A stretch of 61,330 bases of DNA, filler included, from Nemertoderma westbladi (GCA_032718475.1; 3 parts of 3 records of this genome joined end to end with filler, not necessarily neighbours in it), one strand, 5' to 3'. Counted from the first letter of the whole stretch, positions 24,199 through 36,789 are shown. The notes: generated from the sequence alone by a model not told the origin. A program made the numbers and translations.

Positions 24199-24858
24199 TA
24201 AGAATGTTTGGAATTGCTTCTTTTTTTATTTAAGAACAAGATCGTTACCGCTATTATATAAAACTTTTTATATATATATATTTATATATAACTTCTTATA
24301 ACTTTTTTCTATATTTAATAACGAACATTGTGTAGAGCCTACACAAAATATTAAAAATAGCAAAATCTAGCTAATATATCATTTTTGTAATTAAAAAAAA
24401 CGCAATTAATTAGTAATACAAGTTTCCAAAAATTTTTGAATATTGCTACTGTAACTGTATATCACACGGTGTAACTGTATATCAACCGCTAAAAATAAGT
24501 GAGAACATGTGATAAACAGCTTTAGCATTGACACTGTTCCCACAAAGGGAAATCTTATGTGGACTACTTTCATTAGAAGTTTCCTTAACGCCACACGATA
24601 CAAAGGAAATATACCACGTATACCACAATATGCCCATTATAGATAGATAATTGAAACCTGAAAAAGGTGGACAGTCCAAACACTACGAAATAGCATTGCA
24701 TCAATACGTTTTTAATTGGTCAGACTATCATTTATGTTTAATGTGCCTGTGTCCTGTCCACCTTTTTCAAACACACATCTTATTACCAATTATGTCATTA
24801 AGAAAGCGAAAACTTGAAAAAGGTGGACAAACCAATCGCTACAAACTGCTTTGCTTAA

Positions 24859-25492
24859 TTTTTTTTTTTTTTTTTCAGTTAATTACCAAGTTTTATTAAA
24901 TCTAACCACCTTTTTTACAACTTTCCGAAACAAAATGTAAATAAACGCCCACCACCTATACAGATATGTAAATATAAAATAATGTAAATAATTAAAAATG
25001 AAACAGTCTGGCAGTACTGTACTACTGTTCGGCCGCATCTCAAGTAGTGAGCGGGAGACCCGCCCCATCCTCGAGCCCCAGCCCACTGCGCCACCTTACC
25101 CTAGAGCCACGCAGGCAGTGGGAGGAGCCACGGATGATGGCAAAGGAAATCCGCCTCCGCACCCATCCCATAACCGTGCTGTAGGGGCGGTCCCATGCCC
25201 GGTGAAGCCTCTCGGCAATCACCCGCAACAGTTTATTGGCCTGGGGGGCCAACACTCCTTCACACGATGCGACGAAGGGTGAGAAGTCGCCTCGGCGCGC
25301 TGAAACAGCCTCAGAGTAAAGCCGTTTCTTTGCGTCCTCGGCCGACTCCATGATGGAACTGGTGGTGCGTTTCAGGTACGACTCGGCGTCAAGGTTGATT
25401 GTCCGTATGTCTATCAACGCCTGAGTCTGAACACTGAAGGCACCACGTATCCCAACATCGCACCGCAGTCCGTCCCCCGTACCGTCCTCGGT
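24859..25492 (-). mobile_element. 5'-truncated CRE-clade non-LTR retrotransposon (restriction-like endonuclease C-terminus, 3' UTR, poly-A)
   Basis: RCDVGIRG...DIR...D..SY...E..KKRLY...FSPFV.S.EG...LRGSR is the CRE RLE pattern. AATAAA and a poly-A tail are on the minus strand (T-run 24859-24875). TSD TTTGCTTAA(T) at 24850-24859 and 25493-25502. Confidence 0.88.
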
Positions 25493-25965
25493 TTTGCTTA
25501 ATACGTTTCTGATTGGTCTGTCCTTTGTCCATGTTTCTTCTTTTTCAAACACCCAGAAGAAAGCGGGAAATTCAAATTATACTTAAACATTAAATTTATT
25601 TTTAGCGAATCCAGAAAACATTGATTTTTGTTTTGTTGTTGACTGTAAACTGACTGACTGATGAGTTACTATCGACCATAGCGACCTTTAATAACCACGA
25701 CTCATTGGCTATTGACTGTAACTGTACTGCTGTAACTGTATACAATACATAATACATATATCAGTATATAGCACTAGGCCTATCAGCCTATAGGCAGATG
25801 GCCTAAATAACACTACAGCAGTTACGTTACAGCACTAGGCCTACCAGAATAAAGCAATAAAGATTTAATACCGTTACTGCGGTAACGGTACTACTATACT
25901 ATAAATATTCTGATAGGCCTATTAGATTACCAAATTTGAAATTCAGAAATAAATTTTCTCGAAGA

Positions 25966-27237
25966 ATGACTACTTTGCTTAGACAGCGAATCTCAGTGCC
26001 GCGTGCCACCGCGACTAACCGTCGTGAGTTCTCGTTGAAACAAGCGACCTTCGCCCCTAAAAGTCGGCGCCGTTACGAACCGGTAACTCACGAATTCAGC
26101 TACCCAATCAACGACGACCACTCCATCGGCCTCCCAGAGATACCGGACGCCGAGTATTCCGCCGTCCGGTACGCGAACCTTAATGACGCCGCAACCAACA
26201 GCTCCGAATCCATCGGGAAGTGGAACTCGTTGGATCCTGCCTTGGTCGACTCGTTGTTCTCCCACACCGGGTTGATGCAACGAGACGTAAAAAATTTTAA
26301 AACTCTGCGGGAATCCGCATTGATGATTCGATATCCTATCCTAGAGATTGTCTCGGTATTAAACCAAATAAACTACAACGTTTCTACTCCAACTCGTGTT
26401 GTTATCTATGGTAAACCCGGCCGCGGTAAGACCACTACTTTAGCACACGCTATCTATTACTGCAAGTCTAACGGCTGGTTTATCTTGCAGGTTCCCGGCC
26501 AGATGATCCTACGTAACATCCTCGGTTCCCCGGCGTCCACACAGTTCCCCGGGATGCGGGACTCCCCTGTCCGAGCCCAGCATTTCCTCCGCAACGTGAA
26601 ACTAAACAACCTGGAACTCCTTCGGAATCATCCGCTAACGGACTCCTACGAACTAACTAAACGGGACTCCATCGACGCTGGTGAGAGTCTACTCGACTTA
26701 GTAGAGTTAGGACTTGTAAGCGAGGACTGCGCAACTTACGCCGCAATTATTCTACTAAACGAAATTAAATTGTGTAATCTGAAAGGCGCCTTTAAAACCT
26801 TATTAGCCGTCGATAACATCAATATATTCTTCGAAGAAGAAACTGCAGTCGTAAATAAATCTTTAAGGCCGGAAAAGATTACCTTCAAAGTGAACGAATA
26901 CGTTTTGGCAAAGGCGTTTAAAGATCTTATGGTAAGCTCTGATTGGCCCAACTCTGCTGTTGTCTCTGTAGCCTGTAGAACTAGCTGTAGGACCGCGGGT
27001 AGACTGGACTATCTACCTCGGGCTATTCTAGGAGACGCGGGTTTCTACCATCTCGAACCCTTCGTGCCTATCCGGGTACATCGCTACTCCCGGGAGGAAT
27101 TGGACTCGGTTTACGGATACTACATGGAGAAACTCTGGATCCAGGGTTGGTGTCGGAAACCCCAAGGGAAACTCGAGTTGTTGGCCGTCTCAGATAGAAT
27201 TCCTTACTTCTTTACCCAAATAATTCGGTCTACCTAA
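25966..27237 (+). CDS. DAP3: Mitochondrial small-subunit ribosomal protein mS29 (death-associated protein 3), intronless
   Basis: FKTLRESALMIRYP, P-loop YGKPGRGKTT, LLAVDNIN, LG..GF..LEPFVPI.V..YS.EE and an Arg-rich mitochondrial-type presequence. First ATG is at 25966 (the ORF track starts at a TTG). Confidence 0.9.
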   Translation: MTTLLRQRISVPRATATNRREFSLKQATFAPKSRRRYEPVTHEFSYPINDDHSIGLPEIPDAEYSAVRYANLNDAATNSSESIGKWNSLDPALVDSLFSHTGLMQRDVKNFKTLRESALMIRYPILEIVSVLNQINYNVSTPTRVVIYGKPGRGKTTTLAHAIYYCKSNGWFILQVPGQMILRNILGSPASTQFPGMRDSPVRAQHFLRNVKLNNLELLRNHPLTDSYELTKRDSIDAGESLLDLVELGLVSEDCATYAAIILLNEIKLCNLKGAFKTLLAVDNINIFFEEETAVVNKSLRPEKITFKVNEYVLAKAFKDLMVSSDWPNSAVVSVACRTSCRTAGRLDYLPRAILGDAGFYHLEPFVPIRVHRYSREELDSVYGYYMEKLWIQGWCRKPQGKLELLAVSDRIPYFFTQIIRST

Positions 27238-27361
27238 TTAAATAATTACATCGTAGAATTCGCGATTATTTGGTTACCTTGATTCTTTGAAATTGTATTA
27301 ATATGATACATTATTCAATTTGATATAAACATTAATAAATAATTGTATAATTATATACACG

Positions 27362-27795
27362 TTCGTGGGGCCTTCGCGCAGCACGAGACTCGGCTAACCC
27401 GAGAACGGTTAACCCACCCGATTAAGCTGTAATTCAAGTACTTGTTTCTGTTTCCTCTACTACTTCGTTAGCTTGCCTACTTGTTCGATTTTAAGCAATA
27501 CTCATAGGACCCTCGTACCACATATCAGATGAATCTGATGGTTGGTTCTATAGTTGCAGCTACTAATACGTTTCTGTCAATTCGCCCCATAGCGGCAGAC
27601 AGCTAGGAACTATAGAAGTCTGTCTCTGTGTAGAATTTCGAAACATTTGACAGACCACATATTTACCAAGTTTGGTTTAATTTAATCAAGGAATGACCGA
27701 GTAATTAGCGATCAAAGATTTACGACGACAACAGACAACTCGTTAATGGTACCCTTATGCTAAGGCATCGCTCACTTCATGGCTCGCCCCACGAA
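27362..27795. mobile_element. Possible MITE with 10-bp TIR
   Basis: TTCGTGGGGC...GCCCCACGAA. The motif CTTCGCGCAGCACG recurs at ~7177-7190 (reverse) and ~37435-37448. Confidence 0.45.
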
Positions 27796-27864
27796 ATATA
27801 TAATATGTTATACAATATGTTTATAAAATACCAGATATACTACTACTACTAGGATCGGCATGCT

Positions 27865-30800
27865 GCATTGCAGCTGCATTTTTAAGAATGCTGTGCCGGC
27901 TTATCGACATAATTGCACCGCCACAACTCCCTATCACCCATGACATTTGCTAGATCATCCGCATCTTCAAGGCCAGTGCCCTTTAAGATGCGTCTCAAGA
28001 AAGTCATGGGCTGTCCACCATGCTTATTCACTCCATGAGGCTGCTAAAGTACAAGATTATGCACTGGCTGGTCCTCACGGCGAAAGCAATGTCCTGCAAA
28101 GCGGAGGCGATTTTGTTCTAGTTTCAAGCTTGGGGGAACCAATGAGACACCTCCAATGATATATAGTGTCTGGTTGGAGATGTGTGCATTGTACTTGACA
28201 CAATGAACCCGGTGTAGCATTCTTGTGAATGTGCCATCCAGAGATTTGGTGTCCTCAGCAGTTAGAGCCCAGCATGGACTCCCATAGAGGAGTACTGGAA
28301 CTACTGCTGCTCTAAATAATCGGACCTTAAGTTTTCGATTAATTCTCGTTGACTTCCAAATCCTGGAAAGCCTATTCAAGGCTGCCCATGCCTTTCCCTT
28401 ACGTATTCGAAGGTCCTCACCTGACTTCCGGATCCATGATCCCATGTAACAGAAGTCATCCACATGCTCAAGCATGCCATCTTTTGAGCTTATGCTCATC
28501 CGATCAGAGACTTGCTGAGGACTTTCAAAGTTAACTGTCAAAATTTTGGTCTTTCTGGAGTTAATAAAAAGACCAACACTAGAAGCAGCATGTTCTAATG
28601 AGCTGAGGAGCCATTGGGCTCCCTCTAGTGATTCTGAGAGTACTCCTAAGTCATCAGCAAAGTCTAGATCAGTTAGGTACTTGGCAGGAATTCCTCGACT
28701 TCTGGAGCCAGTAGGTGGAGATATCATCACCCCATCATCATTATGATGATCTAAGGACATGCGTAGAACATAGTCAACTACAATTATGAACAAGAATGGT
28801 GCAAGTGTGTCTCCCTGGAGGACGCCCCATAACACTTCAAATGGTTCTGTGTCACCGTCAACAGTAGACACAAATGTTGTCGAACCATCGTATACTGATC
28901 TGATTGCTGCAATAATTTCCTCAGGAATCCCATATAATGAAAGTATGCTGAACATACGTGAGCGAGAGACTGAATCAAAGGCCTTGAAGAAGTCAAAGAT
29001 AACAGCCAGATGCCTGTCTTTCTTTTTTGATAACTCTTCAATTATCCTTCTAAGTACCAGAATGGGCTCCATGGTCCCACGACCTTAACGGAACCCATTC
29101 TGATTTCCACGGAGCAGTCTCTCAATGGGATCCCTGATGCGATTTAATAGAATTCTATTGTATAGCTTTGCAGCAATCGAGATCAATGAGATTCCCCGAA
29201 AAGAACCATAGAGTGTTAGGTTGCCTTTCTTGGGAACTGGCACCAACTTATTTGTTTTCATTTCTTGTGGGACTCTTGTTGTTCGGTACATGTCTACTAT
29301 GATGGGATAGATGAGCTTTAAACACTCAGGTATTTTAAAGACCTCAGGGGGAACACCATCTACTCCACTGGCACGATTGGTCTTAAGGGGGGGTACACCA
29401 TTTTCGGACAACTCTTCGATTTATCACTCTCAGCGTTTCAAAATTGTTTGATTTTGGCTAAAATTTGGCATATAGGTGCCTAAGATGCTATTCTACATGA
29501 CAGGTTAGAAAATTTTTATTTTTCGCTATTTAATATTAGTTAATACTAGTTAACAACAAAAAAAACTTGGTTGCGCTTAAAACCCTAAGGCTTTTACAGT
29601 TTTGAACCTAATCACATGAAAGTTTGTTTATATGATAGATCAAAGATGGGGCAACATAACTATCAGGCGAAATTTTGTTAAAAAAATTCTGCACCGCTAG
29701 GTGGCGCTGCAAATTTATGCAAATTTTTAGGTTTTTTATAAATAGTATTAAATTTTATTAACAAAAAATTTCGAAAAATTGCCTGATACTTTTATGCAGG
29801 GTGGCTATCTAGACACCCACAGGAAGTTTCAGACTAATTACTCAAAAATTGTAGAAGTAGTAGGGTTTTGAAGTTGACAATATCATGAAAAAAATATTTG
29901 GAGATAATCGACCTTTCATTATATATAGTAATAGTAATTTCAATAGGATTCCGTAAATGGAAATTTACATAACTTGAAAACTAAAAGAGCTATTAAATAG
30001 CGGTTTTCAGATTTGGAAATACCATTCAATGGTGCATTATAATATACCATAAAAAAAAATTCGACATATTTTGGACCAAAATGGTGTAACCCCCCCCCCC
30101 CCCCCTTAATGCTCTTTGCAGCAGCCTTCACTTCTGCAAAGGAGATATCGCCAATGGGAATATATGGGAGTACAGACTCAGACACTTTTACTTCTATAAA
30201 GTTATCAGGCAATACCCTGTCATTATTGAGGAGCTTTTCGAAGTGGGCATTCCAACCATTGAGGCGATCGGCTGGTGATTCAGCCTTAACCTTGGTGGTT
30301 GGTTGGCTTTTTCGACCAGCAAGCAAGTTGATCGATCTCCATGCCTGGGATGATTGCCTGCTGTCGTCAGCATCATTTATGGCATCAACCTGTTGGTTTA
30401 TTAGCTCCTGTAAATTAACAGTACTGCCTGTTCAGGAACCTAGATGCAGCCTTAACTGCATTCTTGGCCGCTGTAGTCTGTTTGAGTCGGGACTCTTTCT
30501 GCGCCTTGTAGAGGTCATTTCGGCACTTCTGAATTTTGTTGTCAGTCCAGGGGGCCCGTTTCTTGTTTCGAGGGTATACAGGAACTGTTTCTGCAGCTGC
30601 TAACTTAACTGCCTCTGTGAAGGCAGTATAGCCCTCACAGTGATCTGCCGCCTTATAGGCAAGAACCTCATACATGTTGCTCAGCTGTAGTGTGAAGCTG
30701 GATCTCACACTTGGCTGTTGCAACAGAGAGGACCAGTCATGCCGCGGCAAGGCAGATTTCGTTGTTCTGCTGGCACGCAGACTAAGTCTTACCTTGGCCA

Positions 30801-31828
30801 CAATAAGGCGGTGATCACTGGAGAAAGGTCGAAGTGTAAATGCATTACAGTCTTGTTTAGACCTCTTGTATTTCCTACGAAACAGGATATGGTCTATCTG
30901 GGACTTGTGACCACTGGGTCCACTATGAGTCCATAGCTTTCCAGTTCGCTTCTTGAACTGGGTTCCAGCCGAAAACAATCCATTTCCAGAGATAAAATCC
31001 TGAAGATGGACGGAATTTCGGTTAACACTATTGCTATAGACCCAGGGCGATGTAGGTGATTGATGCAGTTGCATTAAAGTCTCCCAGGAATGTTAAGAAT
31101 GCATGCTGATCCACTCCATCAGTAGCTGCTTGTAGATTCTGGTAGAAATTTTCCACCTCCTCTACAAGGGCAACACTAGTTGGAGAGTAGCACACAATGA
31201 GAACCACCTTAGGAAACTTCTTAGCCAGTCTTCCAGAACATGAGAAGTAGCAACGGATGATGCGGTTAGAGATTTGGTCTATTTTGTCCAATTCTGCATG
31301 TGCAGTTGGATTCATCAATAGACCAATTCCACCATTGCCACTATCATCTGCTGAAGCGAGGGCGAGTCGCCAACCGCCGCCCCCCATGTCCTTAATCAGA
31401 ACCTCATCAGTCTGTCCAGTCTGCATTCGGTGCTCTTGAACACCCACTGCACTAAGAGAAAGCTTATCTGCCAAGGCAGTCAGCTCACCTTGTCGCATTG
31501 GGGACCCGAGTGTTAGGGTGTTTACTGAGGCTAGTCTAGTGACTTGCCTCAGATTCACCAATGGCTTTGTTGGTCGGGGTGGAACATGAGGGTAGCCTCC
31601 AACTCTAGAATCCCTCTCCACATCACAATCTGGCCTTCCTGGTGACCCAGGGTTTGGGCCAGAAAGGTCATCAGGAAAGGGACTCAAAGAATTGTTTGCC
31701 GCTCTCTCTCCAGTAGGGGGTGAGACAGGCAGCCGGTCAGGAGATAACTGACGCCTGTGAGGCCGATTGTGTCCAGTCATTCCACTGGCCTCTAGTGGCT
31801 GGACCTGCGCATTACTAATGTAATCCAT
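27865..31828 (-). pseudogene. LINE ORF: APE endonuclease plus reverse transcriptase, with several frameshifts and a MITE insertion
   Basis: APE motifs VGVQEHR, GGIGLLM, CYSPT, LGDFNA, IDHIL, SDHRLI. RT motifs PVPKKG, FRGISL, QNGFR, DFFKAFDSV, QGDTLAPFLF, DFADD, VLLYGS. Spread over ORF-track pieces 31034-31828, 30415-31074, 29940-30326, 29085-29411 and 28044-29072. The 3' end is approximate. Confidence 0.92.
29387..30105. mobile_element. Kolobok-like MITE inserted in the LINE ORF
   Basis: TIR GGGGGGGTACACCATTTT...AAAATGGTGTAACCCCC with TTAA TSD (29383-29386, 30106-30109). Excision restores AAKSIKTNRASGVDG. Confidence 0.9.
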
Positions 31829-32054
31829 GGTGGGGGTTGGGGGTGCTTTTTTGCCGAGTCAGCTCTCGGGGCAAATACCACACCCTGGTTTGCCATTCCA
31901 CAGGGTGGGTGTCGCAGTGGAGTCAGATATGAGGCCCATCACCCATATCTACTTTGGCGCACATGACCCACCATTGGCTGTGCAGCTCATCTGCTGGGTC
32001 ATGCCCTGTACCCCTGCTGCCATGTGCAGATAGCAGATAAATACCAGAGCTTGT

Positions 32055-35000
32055 GGTTGGGTTGCTCGGTCGGTGGGTTGCTCGGTTGGTGGGTGAGTTG
32101 CTCGGTCGGGTTGGGCGGTGGGTGGCTCGGTCGGTGGGTGGTTTGCTCGGTCGGTGGGTGGCTCGGTCGGGTTGGGCGGTGGGTGGCTCGGTCGGTGGCT
32201 CGGTCGGGTTGGGCGGTGGGTGGCTCGGTCGGTGGGTGGTTTGCTCGGCCGGTGGGTGGGTTGCTCGGTCGGGTTGGGCGGTGGGTGGCTCGGTCGGTGG
32301 GTGGCTCGGTCGGGTTGGGCGGTGGGTGGCTCGGTCGGGTTGGGCGGTGGGTGGCTCGGTCGGGTTGGGCGGTGGGTGGCTCGGTCGGTGGGTGGTTTGC
32401 TCGGCCAGTGGGTGGGTTGCTCGGTCGGGTTGGGCGGTGGGTGGCTTGGTCGGTGGGTGGTTTGCTCGGTCGGTGGGTGGCTCGGTCGGGTTGGGCGGTG
32501 GGTGGCTTGGTCGGTGGGTTGCTTGGTCGGTGAGTGGCTCGATCGGGTTGGGCGGTGGGTGGCTCGGTGGGTGGGTGGGTTGCTCGGTCGGTGGGTGGCT
32601 CGGTCGGGTTGGGCGGTGGGTGGCTTGGTCGGTGGGTGGTTTGCTCGGCCGGTCGGTGGGTTGCTCGGTCGGTGGGTGGCTCGGTCGGTGGGTGGTTTGC
32701 TCGGTCGGTGGGTGGCTCGGTCGGGTTGGGCGGTGGGTGGCTCGGTCGGTGGGTGGTTTGCTCGGCCGGTGGGTGGCTCGGTTTGTGGGTGGCCTGGTCG
32801 GGTTGGGCGGTGGGTGGCTCGGTCGGTGGGTGGTGGGTGGCTCGGTCGGGTTGGGCGGTGGGTGGCTTGGTCGGTGGGTGGCTCGGTCGGGTTGGGCGGT
32901 GGGTGGCTTGGTCGGTGGGTGGTTTGCTCGGCCGGTCGGTGGGTTGCTCGGTCGGTGGGTGGCTCGGTCGGGTTGGGCGGTGGGTGGCTCGGTCGGTGGG
33001 TGGTGGGTGGTTTGCTCGGCCGGTCGGTGGGTTGCTCGGTCGGTGGGTGGCTCGGTCGGGTTGGGCGGTGGGTGGCTTGGTCGGTGGGTGGTTTGCTCGG
33101 CCGGTCGGTGGGTTGCTCGGTCGGTGGGTGGCTCGGTCGGGTTGGGCGGTGGGTGGCTCGGTCGGTGGGTGGTTTGCTCGGCCGGTGGGTGGCTCGGTCG
33201 GTGGGTGGCTCGGTCGGGTTGGGTGGTGGGTGGCTCGGTCGGTGGGTGGTTTGCTCGGTCGTTGGGTGGCTCGGTCGGGTTGGGCGGTGGGGGGCTCGGT
33301 CGGTGGGTGGGTTGCTCGGTCGGTGGGTGGCTCGGTCGGTGGGTGGTTTGCTCGGTCGGTGGGTTGCTCGGTCGGGTTGGGCGGTGGGTGGCTCGGTCGG
33401 TGGGTGGTTTGCTCGGTCGGTGGGTGGCTCGGTCGGGTTGGGCGGTGGGTGGCTCGGTCGGTGGGTGGGTTGCTCGGTCGGTGGGTGGCTCGGTCGGGTT
33501 GGGCGGTGGGTGGCTCGGTGGGTGGGTGGGTTGCTCGGTCGGTGGGTGGCTCGGTCGGGTTGGGCGGTGGGTGGCTTGGTCGGTGGGTGGGTTGCTCGGT
33601 CGGTGGGTGGCTCGGTCGGTGGGTGGCTCGGTCGGGTTGGGCGGTGGGTGGCTCGGTCGGTGGGTGGTTTGCTCGGTCGGTGGGTGGCTCGGTCGGTGGG
33701 TGGCTCGGTCGGGTTGGGCGGTGGGTGGCTCGGTTGGTGGGTGGGTTGCTCGGTCGGTGGGTGGCTCGGTCGAGTTGGGCGGTGGGTGGCTCGGTCGGGT
33801 TGGGCGGTGCGTGGCTCGGTTGGTGGGTGGCTCGGTCGGGTTGGGCGGTGGGTGGCTCGGTCGGTGGGTGGCTCGGTCGGGTTGGGCGGTGGGTGGCTCG
33901 GTCGGTGGGTGGTTTGCTCGGTCGTTGGGTGGCTCGGTCGGGTTGGGCGGTGGGTGGCTCAGTCGGTGGGTGGGTTGCTCGGTCGGTGGGTGGCTCGGTC
34001 GGTGGGTGGTTTGCTCGGTCGGTGGTTGGCTCGGTCGGGTTGGGCGGTGGGTGGCTCGGTCGGTGGGTGGTTTGCTCGGTCGGTGGGTGGCTCGGTCGGG
34101 TTGGGCGGTGGGGGGCTCGGTCGGTGGGTGGGTTGCTCGGTCGGTGGGTGGCTCGGTCGGTGGGTGGCTCGGTCGGTGGGTGGTTTGCTCGGTCGGTGGT
34201 TGGCTCGGTCGGGTTGGGCGGTGGGTGGCTCGGTCGGTGGGTGGTTTGCTCGGTCGGTGGGTGGCTCGGTCGGTTTGGGCGGTGGGTGGCTCGGTCGGTG
34301 GGTGGTTTGCTCGGTCGGTGGGTGGCTCGGTCGGGTTGGGCGGTGGGTGGCTCGGTCGGTTGGTGGTTTGCTCGGTCGGTGGGTGGGTTGCTCGGTTGGT
34401 GGGTGGCACGGTCGGGTTGAGCGGTGGAGGGCTCGGTCGGTGGGTGGGTTGCTCGGTCGGTGGGTGGCTCGGTCGGGTTGGGCGGTGGGTGGCTCGGTCG
34501 GTGGGTGGGTTGCTCGGTCGGTGGCTCGGTCGGGTTAGGCGGTTGGTGGCTCGGTCGGTGGGTGGTTTGCTCGGTCGGTGGGTGGCTCGGTCGGGTTGGG
34601 CGGTGGGTGGCTCGGTCGGTGGGTGGGTTGCTCGGTCGGTGGGTGGCTCGGTCGGGTTGGGCGGTGGGGGGCTCGGTCGGTGGGTGGGTTGCTCGGTCGG
34701 TGGGTGGTTTGCTCGGTCGGTGGGTGGCTCGGTCGGTTTGGGCGGTGGCTGGCTCGGTCGGTGGGTGGTTTGCTCGGTCGGTGGGTGGCTCGGTCGGGTT
34801 GGGCGGTGGGTGGCTCGGTCGGTGGGTGGTTTGCTCGGTCGGTGGGTGGCTCGGTCGGGTTGGGCGGTGGGTGGCTCGGTCGGTGGGTGGGTTGCTCGGT
34901 TGGTGGGTGGCTCGGTCGGGTTGAGCGGTGGGGGGCTCGGTCGGTGGGTGGGTTGCTCGGTCGCTGGGTGGCTCGGTCGGGTTGGGCGGTGGGTGGGTTG

Positions 35001-35130
35001 CTCGGTCGGTGGCTCGGTCGGGTTAGGCGGTGGGTGGCTCGGTCGGTGGGTGGTTTGCTCGGTCGGTGGGTGGCTCGGTCGGGTTGGGCGGTGGGTGGCT
35101 TGTTCGGTGGGTGGGTTGCTCGGTCGGTGG
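32055..35130. repeat. G-rich complex satellite (GGTCGGTGGGTGGCTC / GGTCGGGTTGGGCGGTGGGTGGCTC variants)
   Basis: About 3.1 kb, almost devoid of A on the + strand, built from a few short modules. Confidence 0.97.
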
Positions 35131-35468
35131 TATATTATATTATTTTTTGAAAAAAAAAATATTATTTTTTAGTGTTTTTTGATATTAGTGAATGCTTTAA
35201 AACTTTAGAAGATTTTTTTATGGTAGTTAGTATTTTTTGTAAGTTACTTTGGTCATAAATATATGACATTGGTACACCTTGGGTGCCCATTGACCAGAAT
35301 GTTCTAGAACATTCACTAATACCGAAAAAGCATTAAAAAACACTAAAAAGGACTGGTTAAAAAAATGGCTGGGGTGTCGATAGGGCGAAGTAGGCACGGT
35401 GGGGCTGAACCAACTTTTTATAGAAGAAACATACCCAGACACAATGATTTAATTTTTGGTACATTCCA

Positions 35469-36784
35469 ACGCCCTGATTCCAAAAAAAATGATATTTTCA
35501 AAATCCTCTGTCGGTGTCTTTTTTCTTAAATAGTATTAAATAAATTAGTAATACTATTTATAACCGACTCTTTATAAAAGAAAATGCCCAGGTATTTAAT
35601 TAACTTACCATCTTTTTGTATTATCAATTTACTGAATCCCGTTTAGGTGACGTGCTCTACGAGTTCTCCTTGGTATGTTAATTTTAACCTTAAAACTTTA
35701 CAAGAATACAAGAACCATCCTAAGACCTTATTGGATAATTTTAAAATCATTTGTCGGTGTCTTTCTTAATTATTTAACTAAATAATTTATTAATACTATT
35801 TAATTAATTATAAATGAAATAGTATTAAAAATTAAATGCCCATAAAGTTTTTACTTTCAACTTGCAAACCAGACTATCCATAATTAATAGAAACTAGTTT
35901 TAAAAAAAATAAAAAATAATGGCCAATTATTTAAGCTTATTTATATACAAATATAATATTATAATACAATGACAACTAGGATTTCAATTCTGAAATATTG
36001 AATATTCACCAACACCAATATACTTATTACCCAATAACCGGATAACTATTACAGTAACAAATATGCTTTAGACTTGGTCAGTTCTTCACAACCGAGTCAT
36101 CACTCTTCAGACGCCACTGGGGGGTGGGGGAGCGTTCGCTAAATGTACTGCGGTCACACTCAATGCGATTTGGAGGTGTTTCGGATCGGGGAGACGTGGA
36201 GTAATGTCTGTACCGGCCTCCATCACGACTCTAGCCACGCTCAGAGATGTCTGGGCCTCTGATCCCCGCACCATCACCAAACCCCAAGCCCCGCCAACTG
36301 CGTCGTCCACCTCGGATGCATATGGAGCTAGACCGCACCAACGCAAAATTTAAGCTTATTACATCATAGGTAGTAATAATAGTTATTTATTTATATTATG
36401 TATTACAAATTAGTAAGACATCGGTAATTTTTTTTAAAACTAGTTTCTATTAATTATGGATAGTCTTGGTTTGCAAGTTGAAAGTAAAAAAATTATGGGC
36501 ATTTAATTTTTAATACTATTTCATTTATAATTTGAAAGTAATGACAAAAAAAAATTATGGGTAATGAAAAAACAAGATGGAGAGTTTTAAACGCTCAGCT
36601 AAATAATATTTAATATAATTGAATAAAGATTTGAAAGTTGAATTTGAAAAATTAGACTAAATACCTGGGCATTTTCTTTTATAAAAAGTCGGTTATAAAT
36701 AGTATTACTAATTTATTTAATACTATTTAAGAAAAAAGACACCGGCAGAGGATTTTGAAAATTTCATTTTTGTAATCAGGGCGT
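35469..36784. mobile_element. Foldback element with long AT-rich arms around a GC-rich core
   Basis: 35469-35600 is inverted at 36657-36784, and 35810-35910 is inverted at 36427-36530. The core at 36080-36345 is GC-rich. Confidence 0.7.
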
Positions 36785-36789
36785 AGAAA

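Larger units (their letters stand above)
27836..32038 (-). mobile_element. Full-length RTE-type LINE, interrupted by a MITE
   Basis: 10-bp TSD AAATACCAGA at 27826-27835 and 32039-32048, an (AGT)n 3' tail, and a single EN-RT ORF. Confidence 0.92.

Noticed and set aside
25493-25552. N-terminal part of ORF 25040..25552 as a real gene start
   Set aside because: It lies outside the CRE TSD. The retroelement is 5'-truncated and the ORF start is fortuitous flanking sequence.
31923-35172. Very long ORFs (828, 1039, 806, 628 aa)
   Set aside because: They are products of an A-free satellite that lacks stop codons. Several frames on both strands are open at once, and there is no signal peptide or unique domain.
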